Positions 34,953 to 49,254 of a stretch of 64,000 nt of DNA are shown here, one piece after another (positions within the stretch are counted from its first letter, which is position 1; each line of letters opens with the position of its first letter). The DNA is from an uncultured delta proteobacterium. GTDB lineage: Bacteria > Myxococcota_A > Polyangia > Haliangiales > Haliangiaceae. The position numbers and the translations under genes were made by a program. The stretch lies in contig CAWKDB010000010.1 in NCBI GenBank assembly GCA_963848295.1, positions 4,384,001 to 4,448,000 on the forward strand, written 5' to 3'. Under the pieces are notes generated by a model. It searched no databases. It was given only the letters and a program-made list of their open reading frames with translations, and was not told where the DNA came from.

Positions 34953-34969
34953 GTGGAAAGCGAACTCCT

Positions 34970-36299
34970 ATGAGCCAACTAGAGAAAACGCTCCACCCCG
35001 ACGAGAAGATCAAAGCCGGCAAGCTCGGCGGGAACATGGTGCGCGTCGGCATCGCGATCGCGGTCGTGTTCTTCGTGATCTCGTTCGTGCTCGCGATGAC
35101 GTCGAGCCCGAGCGGCGGCCACGACAGCAGGTGGGCGCGCTTCATGTACGCCTACGTCGTCGGCTGGACGTTCATCGTCTCGATTCCGATCGGCATGTTG
35201 TGGCTCGTGCTGCTCCATCACCTGGTCCGCGGTCGGTGGGCCACGGTCGTGCGGCGCATCGCCGAGGCGATGACCGGGTCGTTCGCGCTGATCTGGGTGG
35301 CAGGCCTGGGCTTCATCATCCCGCTCGTCGCGGGCAAGACCGATCTCTACTACTGGGCGTACGTCGGTCACGCGAAGGCGACCGACCCGCAGCTGTTCGG
35401 CCTGCTCGCTAAGCTCAACTCGACGCTGCCGCACAAGCTCGGCTGGCTCGACCCGACGTTCTTCGCGGCGCGCTACGTACTCTACGGCCTGATCTACATC
35501 GGCGTGGCGCACTACTTCGCGCGCAAGTCGCGGGAGCAAGACGACAGCGGCGATCCGAAGATCTCGGCGAAGCTGCGGTTGGCAGCGGGGCCGGGGATGA
35601 TCATCTACTCGCTGACGACCTGCGCGCTCGCGTTCGACGTCCTGATGTCGCTCTCGCCGAAGTGGTACTCGACGATCTACGGCGTCGGCTTCTGGGGCAG
35701 CGCCTGCATCGCCGGCTTCTCGATGCTCGCGCTGATCGTGCTGTGGATCCAGCGCACCGGTCGGCTCGTCCACTCGATCAACGAGGAGCACTACCACGAC
35801 ATCGGCAAGTGGATGTTCGCTTCACGTTCTTCTGGGCGTACACCGCGTTCTCGCAGTTCATGCTGCAGTGGTACGGAAACATGCCGGAGGAGACGGTCTG
35901 GTACAAGTACCGGATGTTCGGCGAGTGGCAATGGGTGAGCATCGCGATCCTCGTCGGGTTCTGGGCGTTCCCGTTCGTGTTCTTGATGTCGCGGTGGACC
36001 AAACGGATCGTGCCCTCGCTCGTGTTCTTCGCGGTGTGGCAGCTGCTGTTCCAGTGGCTCAACCTGTACTGGAACGTGATGCCGAACTTCGAGTGGACCC
36101 AGCATAACGGCGCTCAACGAGGGTCCGCTCATGGGGGACATCGCGACCCATCACGTCGGGTTCGCGCCGATCGACGTCACCGTGTGGATCGCGCTGATCG
36201 GCGTGCTGTTCATCGGCATCGGTCGCAATCTCAAGGGCAACCTCATCCCAGTGAAGGACCCGACGCTCGGGCTTGTCGCTGGCGCACGAGCAGTTGTAG
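34970..36299 (+). CDS. actF: ACIII ActF membrane subunit (frameshifts)
   Basis: W....RRI.EA, HK..WL...FF..R, D.LMSL.P.WYST.YG, HYHD.GK.MF, FWAY..FSQFML.WYGN.PEET. Confidence 0.9.
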
Positions 36300-36311
36300 G
36301 CGAGGAGCAAC

Positions 36312-36887
36312 ATGTCAGGCCCCAAGCGCAACCCGGACCGGCTCAACACGATCGGCGTCGTCGTCGTCGGTATCTGCACCGCAGTGCTGGTCTACGTGAC
36401 GATCGTCGCGCTCGAAGCGTTCTACGTGAGCGATAGCTCGGAGATCCAATCGCAGCAAGACTACGGCGGCCAAGAGCGCGAGGAGATCGGCCACAAGGCC
36501 GACGAGATCCAGCACCTCTCGGATACCGGCCCGAACGCGAATGGCACGTTTCACATCCCGATCGAGATCGCGCTCAAGCAGATCGCCGCGGTCGCGAAGT
36601 CGCCGGGCGCGGACCTCACGCACCTGGCCTCGCCGATCTTCCCGTCGACGAAGGCGACGCGCAACATCGACGGCTCGGACCTCAAGGCAGCGACCCCGCC
36701 CGCGCCGAGTAGCGGCGCTCCGCCGACCGACGGCAGCGCAGCGGGCAGCGGTAGTGCATCGCCCCCGCCGATGGTCCCGACGGGCACCGGAGCGGGGACT
36801 CCGAAGGCGCCCGGCGCAGGTGTTCCAGCGGCGGCGACTCCGGCCGGTGCCGGATCGGCCGCCCCTAAACGGAGACCGTCACCATGA
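36312..36887 (+). CDS. Single-TM protein with Pro/Ala-rich tail, positional ActG-like subunit
   Basis: Lies between actF and sco; one TM; HIPIE.A motif; SD GAGGAG. Confidence 0.6.
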   Translation: MSGPKRNPDRLNTIGVVVVGICTAVLVYVTIVALEAFYVSDSSEIQSQQDYGGQEREEIGHKADEIQHLSDTGPNANGTFHIPIEIALKQIAAVAKSPGADLTHLASPIFPSTKATRNIDGSDLKAATPPAPSSGAPPTDGSAAGSGSASPPPMVPTGTGAGTPKAPGAGVPAAATPAGAGSAAPKRRPSP

Positions 36888-36953
36888 GGAGCCGGCCGTA
36901 CTTTCCTTGGCACGGACAGCCGATCGATCGGCTCGGCGCGGGACCGAAGGGCC

Positions 36954-37898
36954 ATGCGTCATAGCCGGCGCTGGTTCGTCGCCGCGACCCTGCTCGTCGC
37001 GGCCGCACCGCTGCTCGCGCGCGCGGATAGCGGCTCTGCGTCCGATGACGACAGCATCGCGGCGCCGCCGCCGACGTATCACGCGAGCAAGGTCACGGTC
37101 GACGAGAAGCTCGGTGCGATCGTCCCGCGCGACGTCGCGTTCGTGACGTCAGAGGGCAAGAGCGTCTCGCTCGGCTCGGTGCTGTCCGGCGACATGCCGA
37201 CGATCCTCACGTTCAACTACTCCGACTGTCCGCAGCTGTGCAGCTTGCAACTCAACGGGCTGATGACGTCGCTGCCGCTCGTCGCGGTCAAAGCACCGCC
37301 ACCGCCCGGCGGCACCGACGAGGGCGACGTCGGCTTTCAGATCGGCGCCCAGTTTCGGATCGTCACGATCGATCTCGAGCCGCACGAGCCGCTCAAGAAG
37401 CTCGCCGCGATGAAGGCGCGTTACGTCGATCGCCTGCCCGAGGCGTCCCGCAAGCTCGCCGGCACCGGCTGGACGTTCTTGTCGGCCGACGGCGACGAAG
37501 CGGCAATTCGTCGCGTCGCCGATGCGGTCGGCTTCCGCTACACGTACATCAAGGAGCGCGCCGAGTGGGCTCACCCGGCCGCGCTGATCTTTCTCGACAC
37601 CCAGGGCGCGGTAACTCGCTACGTGTACGGCATCCAGTACGACACCGCGGTCATGCGCGAATCGATCTTCAAGGCCGGTCTCGCCGAAGCGTCGACCGCG
37701 GTCGGGTTCATGAATCGCTGCTACCACTTCGATGCCGACGCGAACAGCCATACCCGCGCCGGCGTGCTCGCGCTGCGGATCGGCGCCGTGGCCGTCCTCG
37801 TGCTGCTCATCGCGGCGCTCGGGTTCGGTCGCGCCATGAAGAAACATCGTCTGGCGTCGAGGCCACCGGGTTCCCAACCCGGGGAGGTTCGGTCATGA
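36954..37898 (+). CDS. SCO-family copper chaperone
   Basis: YSDCPQLC (CxxxC), W.FL, VGFRY, AHPA, and a C-terminal TM helix. Confidence 0.9.
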   Translation: MRHSRRWFVAATLLVAAAPLLARADSGSASDDDSIAAPPPTYHASKVTVDEKLGAIVPRDVAFVTSEGKSVSLGSVLSGDMPTILTFNYSDCPQLCSLQLNGLMTSLPLVAVKAPPPPGGTDEGDVGFQIGAQFRIVTIDLEPHEPLKKLAAMKARYVDRLPEASRKLAGTGWTFLSADGDEAAIRRVADAVGFRYTYIKERAEWAHPAALIFLDTQGAVTRYVYGIQYDTAVMRESIFKAGLAEASTAVGFMNRCYHFDADANSHTRAGVLALRIGAVAVLVLLIAALGFGRAMKKHRLASRPPGSQPGEVRS

Positions 37899-39201
37899 AA
37901 GCTGTCGTACGTCGCCTTCTATGGATCGCTCCTATCGCTGTCGCGGTCGCGCTCGTCGCGACGGCATACGCGCAACCCGCTGCGAGCACAGCGGGCTCGG
38001 CGGAGAGCGGCTCGGGCTCGGCGGTCGCAGCGGGCTCGGCGGAGACGCGGCTCGGGCTCGGCGGTCGCAGCGGGCTCGGGCTCGGCGGAGAGCGGCTCGG
38101 GCTCGGCGGTCGCAGCGGGCTCGGGCTCGGCGGCGCCGGCTGCCAAGGCGAAGGGGCCGGTCGGGCCCGCCTGGTACGACGTCGAAGCGAATCGCCCGGT
38201 CGACGAGTACGGCACGTTCTGGATGCCGAAGGCCGTGAACAACGAGGCCGACGAATCGGACATGATGTTCTACGCGGTCCTCGCGCTGTCGGTGTTCTTC
38301 TTCTTCGCGATCGCCGCGCTCGTCGATCTACTTCACGTGGAAGTACCGCCATCGTCCGGGCCACAAGGCGGAGCCGTCGGCCGTCGCACCACGACGTCCT
38401 GGAGATCACCTGGACCGTGATCCCGACGATCATCGTCGTGTTCTTGTTCTACTACGGCTGGCGCTCGTACATCCGCGTGGTCACGCCCCCGACCAAGGCG
38501 GTCGAGATCAACGTCGTCGCGCAGCAATGGTCGTGGAACTTCACGCACTCGAACGGCGTGACCGACGGCGATCTCCACGTGCCGGTGAACACGCCGGTGC
38601 GCCTCGTGATGACGTCCAAGGACGTGCTGCATAGCTTCTACGTTCCGGTGATGCGCGTCAAGCAGGACATCATCCCGCGCCGCTACACGTACGCGTGGTT
38701 CTACGCGACCGGCCGGGCACGTACCGGCTCAACTGCGCCGAGTATTGCGGCAAAGACCACTCGCAGATGGGCTGCACGAAGGAAGCGGACGACGGCAACT
38801 GTATCGGCCGTCGCGCGGTCGTCGTCGTCGACGAAGCCCGGCGACTACGAGCGCTACCTCGAACGACAAGCAAGCCGAGTCGAGCAACCTGCCACCGGCC
38901 GAGCTCGGCGCGAAGATGTACGAGAAGAAGGGCTGCAACGCCTGCCACACCGTCGATGGCACGGACCGCGTCGGTCCGTCGTGGAAGATGCCGGGGACCT
39001 GGGGCAAGCCGTTCCAGTTGTCCGACGGCTCGACCATCACGATGGACGAGAACTACATCAAGCGAATCGATCCTCAATCCCAACGCGAAAGCGCGTCAGG
39101 GCTTCGGCGGCAAGATCGGCCAGATGCCTTCGTTCGAAGGCCAGCTCAAAGACAAAGAGGTCTTCGGCCTTGTCGCTTACATCAAGTCGCTGAGGCAGTG
39201 A
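37895..39201 (+). CDS. coxB: Cytochrome c oxidase subunit II with fused cytochrome c (caa3 type; frameshifts)
   Basis: [22 protein letters not shown], CuA motif CAEYCG..HS.M, and C-terminal CNACH. Confidence 0.92.
37991..38131 (+). repeat. Tandem ~39-45-nt repeat encoding an [13 protein letters not shown] linker in the CoxB N-terminus
   Basis: About 3.5 copies of gcgggctcggcggagagcggctcgggctcggcggtcgca. Confidence 0.75.
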
Positions 39202-39203
39202 GG

Positions 39204-41110
<1,907 letters not shown>

Positions 41111-41114
<4 letters not shown>

Positions 41115-42362
41115 GCCCGACGCAACAGGCACACGAGGCGCACGATGACCACGAGCACCACGGCTCGCGGTTCATCCAGCATCACTACGACGACGCGCAG
41201 CACCAGTTCGACTCCGGCAAGCTAGGAATCTGGCTGTTCCTGGCGCAGGAAGTGCTGTTCTTCTCGGCGCTGTTCGTCGCCTACATCGCTGTACCGATCG
41301 CACCACCCGGAGATCTACAGCTACGGGCACAAGTGGTTGCAGGTGAAGTTCGGCGCGATCAACACCGCCGTGCTGATCTTCTCGAGCCTCACCGCGGCGT
41401 GGGCGGTCCGCGCCGCTCAGCTCGCACAGCCGAAGCGCCTGATCCTGTGCCTGGCGACGACGATCCTGTGCGCGTGCGTGTTCCTCGGTATCAAGTACCT
41501 CGAGTACAGCCACAAGTATCACGAGCGCATTCTGTTCGGCCGGTACTTCGACCCGTGCGTCAGCCCGGGCGGCAGGGATCTGCTGACGAAGAAGAACGAG
41601 TGCGAGGGCGTCAAGTCGACGATCGACTGGGATGCCAAAGCCGAGCAGGCGAAGTCCGGGTGTTTCAACAGCGACAAGATCGATCAAGATCCGCACGAGC
41701 CGGGCTTGCAGGCCGACTGCAAGGTGATCGAAACGATCGGCGCGAACAAGCGCACGATCGCCGACCGATGCCCCGAAGAGACGATCGGCGAGGGCGATGG
41801 CTCAGCACCGATCGTGAAGAAGTTCCCGTGCTGGCGGGCGGCATATCAGCCCGCGGTGTGTCCCGATCTGATCGACGGTCCGAGCGATCAGACCGAAGGA
41901 GCGCGGCGCGAGATGGGCTATCCGTCGCACCACCAGGTCGGCGTGATGGTCGAGTACGGCGATCACGAGGAGCGCGGCGACGACGTCAAGATCACCGCGA
42001 CCTGCACCGCCGCGCCGAAGCCAGCGGTCGCCGGTCACGAGGTCGAGAAGCCGGACCTCCTCGGTCAAAAGACGATCCGACCGATCCATCACTTGACGAC
42101 GGAGGAGGAGTACGAGCTCGAGTCGATGGGCCCGCCGCCCGAGCACACGAGCATGTTCCTCACGATCTACTTCGCGATGACCGGTCTGCATGGCATCCAC
42201 GTGCTGTTCGGCATCGGCGTCTTCACGTGGTTGCTGATCCGCGCGCTCAAGGGTCATTTCACACCCGATTACTTCGGTCCGATCGATTACGCGGCGCTGT
42301 ACTGGCACATCGTCGACTTGATCTGGATCTTCCTGTTCCCGCTGCTCTACCTCATCCACTGA
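41111..42362 (+). CDS. coxC: Cytochrome c oxidase subunit III with a large Cys-rich insertion (frameshift at ~41290)
   Basis: [29 protein letters not shown], the insertion, then YF.MTGLHG.HV and [18 protein letters not shown]. Confidence 0.92.
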
Positions 42363-42369
42363 GGAGCTC

Positions 42370-42750
42370 ATGTCGGCCATCGAACATCACGACGACGACC
42401 ACGGGCTTGCGCACGTCGCTTCGATCAAGGTGCTGGTCGCGACCGGCAGCACGCTGCTCATGCTGACCCTGGCCACCGTGCTCGCGACCAGGCTCGACTT
42501 TGGCGCGAACATCAACCTCGGCATCGCGATGCTCATCGCCGTTGTCAAGGCGAGCCTGGTCATTCTGTTCTTCATGCACCTCAAGTACGACAAGCTGTTT
42601 CACACCGTGGTATTCGTGAGTGCCTTGCTAGCTGCTTGCCTCTTCGTGGGGTTCACCCTCATGGACAGCTCGCAGTACCAAGAGACCAACATCTGGCAAC
42701 CGGATAACCCGCCAACGGCGCCGTACGGCCCGCGGCCCACTTCAGGATAG
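42370..42750 (+). CDS. coxD: Cytochrome c oxidase subunit IV (CtaF/CyoD-like)
   Basis: [16 protein letters not shown] motif; three TM helices. Confidence 0.88.
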   Translation: MSAIEHHDDDHGLAHVASIKVLVATGSTLLMLTLATVLATRLDFGANINLGIAMLIAVVKASLVILFFMHLKYDKLFHTVVFVSALLAACLFVGFTLMDSSQYQETNIWQPDNPPTAPYGPRPTSG

Positions 42751-42757
42751 GAGCCCC

Positions 42758-43528
42758 GTGGAATTTCCGTCGGCAGCAAAGCTACTCAGCGGCGACACCG
42801 CGATCCCGATCGCGGTCGCGTTCGTCGTGCTCTCGTACCTGGTCTTGACCGTCGACAAGCTGCGTGCGACGAGCACGAGCAAGGACGACACCCAGATCGG
42901 GCTCAAGCTCGTGCTGTTCGGCGTCCTGTTCGGCGGCGTGCTGTTTGCGAGCGGCGGTGCGATCAAGCTGGTGTCCTACGTGCTCAGCCCGTTCAAGGGT
43001 GGCGCCGCGCCGATCAAGGCGCTGCTGCCGGACCTGCTCGTCGGCGCCGCGGTCGTGTTCGGGGTCAGCATGCTGCTGCTGCCGCGCACGAATACGGCGA
43101 CCGCGAAGCAGCCCGAGCGGTTCTTCCTCGGTGGTCTCGCGCTCGGGTTCCTGGTCGCCGCGATGGGCGCGCTCGATGGCGTGCTCGATGGTCTGATCAA
43201 CGATAGGGGTTGGGGCTCGACATCGGGGGCGCTCGCAGGACTCGCGGTCAGCGGTGCGATCGGCTTGATCGCGCTGACCCGGTTCGGCTCGCTGTCCGGC
43301 TGGACGATGCCACCGCCGCGCCCCGTCGCTCCGCAGATGCCGCCGCAACAAGGCGGCGGCTATCCTCCGCAAGGTGGCGGCTATCCTCCGCAAGGTGGCG
43401 GCTATCCTCCGCAAGGTGGCGGCTATCCTCCGCAAGGTGGCGGCTATCCTCCGCAAGGCGGTGGCGGCTATCCTCCGCAAGGCGGCGGCTATCCTCCGCA
43501 AGGCGGCGGCGGTTACCCGCCGCGATAG
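42758..43528 (+). CDS. Membrane protein (about 5 TM) with C-terminal (QGGGYPP)8 tail
   Basis: SD GGAG; start 7 nt after the coxD stop; hydrophobic helices followed by the repeat. Confidence 0.75.
   Translation: MEFPSAAKLLSGDTAIPIAVAFVVLSYLVLTVDKLRATSTSKDDTQIGLKLVLFGVLFGGVLFASGGAIKLVSYVLSPFKGGAAPIKALLPDLLVGAAVVFGVSMLLLPRTNTATAKQPERFFLGGLALGFLVAAMGALDGVLDGLINDRGWGSTSGALAGLAVSGAIGLIALTRFGSLSGWTMPPPRPVAPQMPPQQGGGYPPQGGGYPPQGGGYPPQGGGYPPQGGGYPPQGGGGYPPQGGGYPPQGGGGYPPR
43349..43522 (+). repeat. 21-24-nt tandem repeat, 8 copies (caaggYggcggctatcctccg)
   Basis: Seen directly; encodes QGGG(G)YPP. Confidence 0.9.
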
Positions 43529-43558
43529 GTCGCCGGCTCTCGATCCCGCCAAAGGGAT

Positions 43559-44266
43559 TCAGTCAGCGAGCTGGTCACTGATCGCGTCCGCGATCGCGGC
43601 CGCAAGCCCGGCCTGCACGGCGGGATCGACGAGCTCGCGGCCCTCGATCGGATGGTCGATGAAGCCGACCTCGACGAGGACCGCCGGCATGGTCGCGCCG
43701 AGCAGCACGTGATGAGCTTCCTGGCGCACTCCGCGGTCGCCCTCCCGACCGCGGTGATCGCGCAGTCCGCGCTGGATCCGCGCCGCGAGGTCGGCGGCCT
43801 CCCACTGCGAGGCCCCGCGCTCGACATCGTCGAGCACGAGCGCGGTGTCGGGGTCGACGTTCGGCCGCGGCGTGGTGGCGTCGGACCGCAACGCGCGACC
43901 GTCGATGTCGATGCCGCGCGGGGTCAGCACGTAGGTCTCGAACCCGCGCTGCGTGCGAGTCGGGGACGCATTCGCATGAATGCTGACGAACAAGTCGGCG
44001 GGGATCCGATTCGCGACCTCGACGCGTTGCCGCAGCGTCAGCGTTCGATCGTCGTCGCGGGTGAGCGCGACCTCGACGCCACGCGCGCGCAGGTTCGCGG
44101 CGACCAGCCGCGCGAGCTCGAGCGTCAGCTGCTTCTCGCGGACGCCGGCGACCGCGCCTCGAGCGCCGAGGTTCGATCCACCGTGGCCGGGATCGAGCAC
44201 GACTCGCGGCTTCGCGGCGGCCGTTCCGGCGAGGAGCATCAAGCACAGCGGTGTCGCCAGTTTCAC
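43559..44266 (-). CDS. N-acetylmuramoyl-L-alanine amidase (Amidase_3)
   Basis: [36 protein letters not shown]; signal peptide. Confidence 0.93.
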   Translation of the reverse strand: MKLATPLCLMLLAGTAAAKPRVVLDPGHGGSNLGARGAVAGVREKQLTLELARLVAANLRARGVEVALTRDDDRTLTLRQRVEVANRIPADLFVSIHANASPTRTQRGFETYVLTPRGIDIDGRALRSDATTPRPNVDPDTALVLDDVERGASQWEAADLAARIQRGLRDHRGREGDRGVRQEAHHVLLGATMPAVLVEVGFIDHPIEGRELVDPAVQAGLAAAIADAISDQLAD

Positions 44267-44316
44267 TACATGTAGGATCTCGCGGGTCGGCGCGGCGTCC
44301 CAGTTTTCAGCCCTGC

Positions 44317-44345
44317 TTGACGCAACCCCGCTATACAGCTACGTT
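44317..44345 (+). promoter_or_regulatory. Sigma70-type promoter
   Basis: TTGACG-N17-TACGTT in an AT-richer gap upstream of the 44354 ORF. Confidence 0.5.
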
Positions 44346-44353
44346 TTTCAAAA

Positions 44354-46063
44354 TTGTCGAGGCGCGAGGCCCACGTTCGAGACTCCAGTGGACTGCCGGT
44401 TGGCGAGCTGACCACGAATCGGTTCGCGGTCGTCGCGTTGCTCGTGGCGGCGGCGCTCGAGATCGTCCTCAACCGCATCGCGATCGGATCGAAGGCCGAC
44501 CCCGGGCTCGCGCAAGCGCTGCTGCCGACAACAGGGATGCCGCCGTTCTGGTACAGGGCGGTGAGCTACGTCGGATTGTTCCTGTTCTATTTCGTCGGCA
44601 CGCTCGCCGTGGGCCTGATCGCCGCTCGGTGTGTCGCCGCGTTTCGCCGCCGGCGCGATCGCCGCGAGCTCGTCGCCCACGGCGCGCTTGCAGCGGCTGC
44701 GGCGCTCGCTGCGCTCCCCCTCGTGGTCGCGACCCCAGAATGGTTGACGCTGCCGCTCGAGTACGCGTTTGCGACTGCGGTGATCGCGATGGTCGTCAGC
44801 GCATTCGGTCGCGACCGCGATCGCGGAGTCCAGATCGGCTCGGTGATCGTCGCGATCCCACTGTTGCTGCACACGCTGTTCGTCGTCGGCGGGCATTGGC
44901 TCTGGGACGATTCGATGTTCGACGGCCCGGGGGTCGCGCTCACGAAGGCCGGCCCGATCGCGATCGCGCTCGTCGCGCTCGCGTCGCCGTACGTGTTGTC
45001 GGCCCGGCCGTTCGCGCGCGCCGTCGTCAAGATCGCGCCGATCGTCATCGCGATGTCGATCGCCGCATGTGGGGCGCTGCTCGCGCGGCTGTGGTACCCG
45101 CAATTCGCCCGCGCTGCGAACCTCGCGATCGGTGTCACGCTCGATCCCGCGCAGGCGGATCCGCGCCTCGCGATCGACATGCTCGCGATCGCGACGTTGG
45201 CATGGACCCTCGCGTCGTGCGCGACGTCGTCGAGCCAAGCCCGTCGCACGATCGGGGCCGGGCTCGCGTTCGTCGTGCTCGGTGGCTACGGGTTTCGTTG
45301 GGCGAGCTACGACTTGCTCGCGTTGTTAGGCTTCGCGCTGATCGCGGATGGGGCACGGCGGGTGCGCGACGAAGAGCTCGAAGCGCTGCCGCTCGCGAGC
45401 GATACCCCCGCGATCGCCGACACTGCGTGGTCGACGTACGTCACCGCGGTCACGGCCGGGTTGCGCGGCGTCCTGCAAGACGTCCATTCGCTGACGACGC
45501 GTGGCGAGGGTGGGATGACGAGCTCGGTGATCGTCGGCGACGTCGACAAGCTGACCGTCACGACACGGATCGAGCGAATCGAAGGCAGCGTGATCGCGCT
45601 CGATGTCGTGCTCGGTCGAGAGATCGACGAGGTCCGCGGCGCGACCCTGACGCTCTGGGCGATCCCGCCGCGAGGTCGCGGCGCGAACCCAGCGGGCCCG
45701 CCGGCAGCTCCGTTGTTCAAGACCGGCGACCTCAGCTTCGACGATCGATTCAAGGTCCGCGGCAACGCACTGGCGTTCGCCAAGCTGTTCGACGCCGGGC
45801 TGCGCGAACGCGCGGAGGCCACGCTCGATGGCTGGCTCGCGTTCTGGGAGCCCGAGGGCCTGCGGTTTCGCGTCTACCCCGGGCGCGGCGCCCAGCTCGA
45901 TCACCCGATTCCGCTTTCGGATCTCGCGCTCGGTCGACCGGCCACGGCGGACCGCCTCGTCGCCGTGGTCACGCTACTCGTCGACATCGCGAAGCGCGGC
46001 GTGGTCGCATCGTCGGTCCCGGAGCCGCTGGCACTCGACGCGCTGGCCGAGGAGGCGCCGTGA
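44354..46063 (+). CDS. Polytopic membrane protein with soluble C-terminal domain (start uncertain)
   Basis: About 10 hydrophobic segments followed by a ~230-aa soluble domain (FKTGD..FDDRF.VRG); stop overlaps the next start. Confidence 0.7.
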   Translation: MSRREAHVRDSSGLPVGELTTNRFAVVALLVAAALEIVLNRIAIGSKADPGLAQALLPTTGMPPFWYRAVSYVGLFLFYFVGTLAVGLIAARCVAAFRRRRDRRELVAHGALAAAAALAALPLVVATPEWLTLPLEYAFATAVIAMVVSAFGRDRDRGVQIGSVIVAIPLLLHTLFVVGGHWLWDDSMFDGPGVALTKAGPIAIALVALASPYVLSARPFARAVVKIAPIVIAMSIAACGALLARLWYPQFARAANLAIGVTLDPAQADPRLAIDMLAIATLAWTLASCATSSSQARRTIGAGLAFVVLGGYGFRWASYDLLALLGFALIADGARRVRDEELEALPLASDTPAIADTAWSTYVTAVTAGLRGVLQDVHSLTTRGEGGMTSSVIVGDVDKLTVTTRIERIEGSVIALDVVLGREIDEVRGATLTLWAIPPRGRGANPAGPPAAPLFKTGDLSFDDRFKVRGNALAFAKLFDAGLRERAEATLDGWLAFWEPEGLRFRVYPGRGAQLDHPIPLSDLALGRPATADRLVAVVTLLVDIAKRGVVASSVPEPLALDALAEEAP

Positions 46064-47523
46064 GACTGCCGATCGTCGCGCTGTTCGTCGTCGGTGCGTG
46101 CGTCGCCGACGGCGGACGAAACCCGGTGACGCCCGCGTGGGTCTCCGACACGACGACGTTTCATCCGGGGGCGGCGCCCGGCGCATCCATCGCCGACACC
46201 TATCGCGACCGTGCGGCGAAGATCCTCACGGCGGCGCGCGCGGATCGCGGGGCGTATCGCAAGCTCGCGCAGCTGACCGATCACATCGGCCATCGGCTGT
46301 CGGGATCACCCGAGCTCGATCGCGCGATCGCGTGGGCGACCCAGGCGATGAAGGACGACGGCCTCGAAGCTCACACCGAGAAAATCATGGTGCCGCACTG
46401 GGTCCGAGGGGCCGAAGATGGCCAGCTCGTCACGCCGATCGCACGGCCACTGCACCTGCTCGGGCTCGGCGGCACGGTGTCGACGCCGAAGGCCGGCATC
46501 ACGGCGCCGGTCGTCGTCGTCCATGACTGGGTCGAGCTCGACGCGAAGCACGACGCGGTCAAGGGGGCGATCGTGCTCTACGACGTCGCGATGCCGGCGT
46601 GGACCGAGCAGAACGAGTCGGGCTACGGCGAGGTCGTGCCGTATCGCTGGGCCGGCGCGCAGCGCGCCGCAAAGTTCGGCGCGGTCGCCGTGCTCATGCG
46701 CTCGGTCACCGCGCACAGCCTGCGCACGCCTCACACGGGCTCGCTGTCCTACGGCGATGCGATCGTGAAGATTCCAGCTGCCGCCGTGACCGTCGAGGAT
46801 TCGCTGCTGATCGCGCGCCTCGCCGCTGCCGGGCCGGTGAGCGTTCACCTTCATCTCGAGTCCCAGATGCTGCCGGATGCCGAGTCGGCGAACGTGATCG
46901 GCGAGCTGCGCGGCAAGGACAAGCCGGGCGAGATCGTCGTGATCGGCGGCCACATCGATTCGTGGGACGTCGGCCAGGGCGCGCACGATGATGGGGCAGG
47001 GATCGTGACGATGATGGAGACGCTCGCGCTGCTCAAGCGGCTTGGCTTGCAACCGCGGCGGACGATTCGCGTCGTGCTGTTCACGAACGAGGAGAACGGC
47101 CTGCGCGGCGGCGAGGGCTACGCCGAGCAGCACGCCGCGGAGCTCCCGCAGACGGTGTTCGCGATCGAATCTGATAGCGGCGGGTTCTCGCCCCGCGGCT
47201 TCACGCTCGGCGCCAGAGACGCAGCGACCGCAGCGCGGATCGAGCCGCGCCTCACCGACATCCTGTCGCTGCTTCGCCCGCTCGGTGCAACCACGCTGAC
47301 GGTCGCGGGCGAGACCGGCGGCGCGGATGTCGGCGCGATGGCACCCGCGGGCGTCCCGCAGGCGGGCCTCGAGGTCGACAACCGCACTTACTTCGACGTC
47401 CACCACACCGAGGCCGACACGCTCGACAAGGTCGATCCGGGTCAGCTCGCGGACGATGTCGCGGCGGTCGCCGTGGTGGCTTACATCATCGCGGATCTGC
47501 CCGATCGAGTCGACTCGCCGTAG
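46060..47523 (+). CDS. M28-family peptidase (carboxypeptidase Q-like lipoprotein)
   Basis: Lipobox VGAC, IGHRLSGS, PA domain, GGHIDSWD.GQGAHDDG.G, NEENGL.G, YF..HHT.ADT. Confidence 0.92.
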   Translation: MRLPIVALFVVGACVADGGRNPVTPAWVSDTTTFHPGAAPGASIADTYRDRAAKILTAARADRGAYRKLAQLTDHIGHRLSGSPELDRAIAWATQAMKDDGLEAHTEKIMVPHWVRGAEDGQLVTPIARPLHLLGLGGTVSTPKAGITAPVVVVHDWVELDAKHDAVKGAIVLYDVAMPAWTEQNESGYGEVVPYRWAGAQRAAKFGAVAVLMRSVTAHSLRTPHTGSLSYGDAIVKIPAAAVTVEDSLLIARLAAAGPVSVHLHLESQMLPDAESANVIGELRGKDKPGEIVVIGGHIDSWDVGQGAHDDGAGIVTMMETLALLKRLGLQPRRTIRVVLFTNEENGLRGGEGYAEQHAAELPQTVFAIESDSGGFSPRGFTLGARDAATAARIEPRLTDILSLLRPLGATTLTVAGETGGADVGAMAPAGVPQAGLEVDNRTYFDVHHTEADTLDKVDPGQLADDVAAVAVVAYIIADLPDRVDSP

Positions 47524-47548
47524 CTCCGCGCGATAAGCTCCTCGGCGA

Positions 47549-49237
<1,689 letters not shown>

Positions 49238-49254
49238 TATATAGTTTCTGGCCG

